From Myxococcota bacterium (GTDB lineage: Bacteria; Myxococcota_A; UBA9160; PR03): DNA of 45,184 nt. How positions within the stretch are numbered: position 1 is the first letter of the stretch; every line of letters starts with the position of its first letter. Position numbers and translations under genes: made by a program. Of the stretch, positions 43,617 through 45,184 are shown in pieces. The stretch spans positions 1 through 45,184 of the forward strand of contig JBFIML010000036.1 of assembly GCA_041611735.1 (NCBI GenBank). Reading direction: 5' to 3'. Under the pieces are notes generated by a model. That model had not been told where the DNA came from, did not search any database, and saw only the letters and a list, made by a program, of their open reading frames with translations.

Positions 43617-45163
43617 GAGGACCTCCCTGGGCTGCGGACCACGTACTCGGCCAGCGCATCCACCAGCTCCCGGGCGCCCGCCCGCTCCGGCACCACGTGG
43701 GGCTCGATGCCCGCCTCGCGCAGGGCGGCCGCGGTGACCGGGCCGATCGCCGCCACCACGCAGCGCGCCACGCCGGCCCGGGAGGGGGCGTCGAGCCACC
43801 CGAGAAGATGCCGCACCGTGGACGGGCTGGTGAAGGTGAGGGCGTCGAGCTCGCCCCGGGCCAGGGCGGCGCGCAGGGCGGCGGCGTCGGTCTCGACGGC
43901 CACGGTGCGATAGACGGGCACCGCGTCCACCCGGGCCCCGGCGGCGCGCAGCCCGTCGGGCAGGACCTCGCGTCCCTGCTCGGCGCGGACCACCAGGAAG
44001 CGTCGCCCGCGCGGCGGAAGCGCCTCGGCCAGCTCGGCCAGCAGGCCCTCGGCGTCGAAGCGGCCCCTGGGCACCCACGCCTCGGGGAGCCCCTGGCGGC
44101 GGGCGGCTTCCGCCGTGGCGGGCCCCACGCACACCACCCGGGCCCCCAGCGTGGCCAGCTCGCGGCCCCGCTCCCGGGCGCGCCCTGCGAAGAAGCGCAC
44201 GCCGTTGGCGCTGGTGAAGACCAGGGCGTCGTAGGCGTCGAGCTCGTCCAGGGCCGCGTCGAGGGCGGCCGGGCGCTCCACCGGGACGGCCTGGATCATG
44301 GGCAGCAAGACGGGCTCTGCTCCGGCCTCGCGCAGCGCGGCCGCCAGCTCGCCGGCCTGCTCGGCGCTGCGCGTCACCAGCACGCGCCGGCCGAACAGCG
44401 GCCTGGCCTCGAACCAGGCCAGCTCCCGGCGCAGGCGCACCACGTCGCCCACCACCACCACGGCCGGCGAGCCGAGCCCCGCCTCCCGCGCCCGGGCCGG
44501 CAGCTCCGCCAGCGGCGCCGCGAGGACGCGCTGGCGCGGCGTCGCCCCCTCCATCACCACGGCCGCCGGCGTGTCCGGCGCGCGTCCGTGGTCGAGGATC
44601 GTCTGCACGAGCTTCTCCAGGTTGCGCATGGCCATCAGGATCACGAGCGTGTCGGAACCCTTGGCGAGCTGCTCCCAGCGGATCGAGGTCCAGGGCCGCG
44701 AGGCGTCCCGGTGACCGGTCACGACTGCGAACGACGCCCCGTGGCGGCGGTCGGTCACGGGGATGCCCGCGTAGGCGGGCACCGCCAGGGCCGAGGTCAC
44801 CCCCGGCACCACCTCGAAGGGGATCCCCGCCGCGACGCACGCGCTGGCTTCCTCGCCGCCGCGCCCGAACACGAAGGGATCGCCGCCCTTCAGGCGCACG
44901 ACGCTGCGTCCCTCGCGGGCCAGGCGCACCAGCAGCGCATTCACTTCCTCCTGGCTGCGGGTGGGCGCGTCGTGGCCGCGCTTGCCCACGTCGATGCGGA
45001 GCGCCTGGGCCGGGGCCAGGTCCAGGAGCGCCGGGGAGGCCAGGGAGTCGTAGACCACCGCGTCGGCGCGGCGCAGGACCGCGGCGCCCCGCACGGTGAC
45101 GAGATCCGGGTCGCCGGGACCCGCCCCCACCAGGATCACGCGGCCCGTCCGGCGCCGGCTCAC
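43613..45163 (-). CDS. cobA: Uroporphyrinogen-III C-methyltransferase / uroporphyrinogen-III synthase fusion (CobA-HemD)
   Basis: N-terminal [27 protein letters not shown] and YAGIPVT. C-terminal [22 protein letters not shown] and IGPVTA. Confidence 0.95.
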   Translation of the reverse strand: MSRRRTGRVILVGAGPGDPDLVTVRGAAVLRRADAVVYDSLASPALLDLAPAQALRIDVGKRGHDAPTRSQEEVNALLVRLAREGRSVVRLKGGDPFVFGRGGEEASACVAAGIPFEVVPGVTSALAVPAYAGIPVTDRRHGASFAVVTGHRDASRPWTSIRWEQLAKGSDTLVILMAMRNLEKLVQTILDHGRAPDTPAAVVMEGATPRQRVLAAPLAELPARAREAGLGSPAVVVVGDVVRLRRELAWFEARPLFGRRVLVTRSAEQAGELAAALREAGAEPVLLPMIQAVPVERPAALDAALDELDAYDALVFTSANGVRFFAGRARERGRELATLGARVVCVGPATAEAARRQGLPEAWVPRGRFDAEGLLAELAEALPPRGRRFLVVRAEQGREVLPDGLRAAGARVDAVPVYRTVAVETDAAALRAALARGELDALTFTSPSTVRHLLGWLDAPSRAGVARCVVAAIGPVTAAALREAGIEPHVVPERAGARELVDALAEYVVRSPGRSS

Positions 45164-45184
45164 GACCCGGCCTCCCGGCGCAGC
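45160..45184 (-). CDS. 3' end of an upstream gene (hemC expected from synteny)
   Basis: ...LRREAGS* ends in a TGA overlapping the cobA GTG. The identity is inferred only from the usual hemC-cobA/hemD-hemB order. Confidence 0.35.

Noticed and set aside
43613..45163. CobA-HemD fusion as a novelty
   Set aside because: This fusion is well known in delta-proteobacteria, Firmicutes and Actinobacteria.
1..45184. CRISPR arrays, rRNA/tRNA, IS, integrase, prophage or known defence systems
   Set aside because: I saw no regularly spaced repeats, RNA-gene signatures or matching protein motifs by eye. A tool-based scan could still find weak cases.

Overview
A very GC-rich, gene-dense bacterial chromosomal segment. 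The gene content (DUF3332, DUF4177, GsuK-like K+ channel, cobA-hemD fusion, lpxD) suggests a diderm of Myxococcota/delta-proteobacterial type, which is an inference. I count about 44 CDS. Housekeeping genes: polA, cysK, truD, rnhB, lpxD, hemB, cobA/hemD. Regulators: two TetR, an ECF sigma/anti-sigma/periplasmic triad, a REC-GGDEF-EAL protein. Metabolic or envelope genes: OpgC-like and PlsC-like acyltransferases, two GT-C-like membrane proteins, radical SAM ArsS, SagB-like nitroreductase, SDR, ALDH, PLP lyase, GMC oxidoreductase, ABC1 kinase, S8 protease. I found no rRNA, tRNA, CRISPR array, transposase or integrase. Best leads: (i) a coupled PLP-lyase/Tat-subunit/GMC operon divergent from an aldehyde dehydrogenase, possibly an undescribed catabolic route; (ii) arsS without arsM, between a flavoprotein and GT-C-like genes and opposite a lipid acyltransferase; (iii) repeated leaderless and bidirectional promoter geometry, including two genes sharing a 17-bp spacer with one palindromic -10; (iv) an ECF sigma factor that seems to need an ATC/ACG start; (v) a subtilase with Glu at the catalytic Asp position, no propeptide and a 100-aa insertion; (vi) an intergenic mosaic of gene remnants. 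All family calls come from motif recognition by eye, not database searches.
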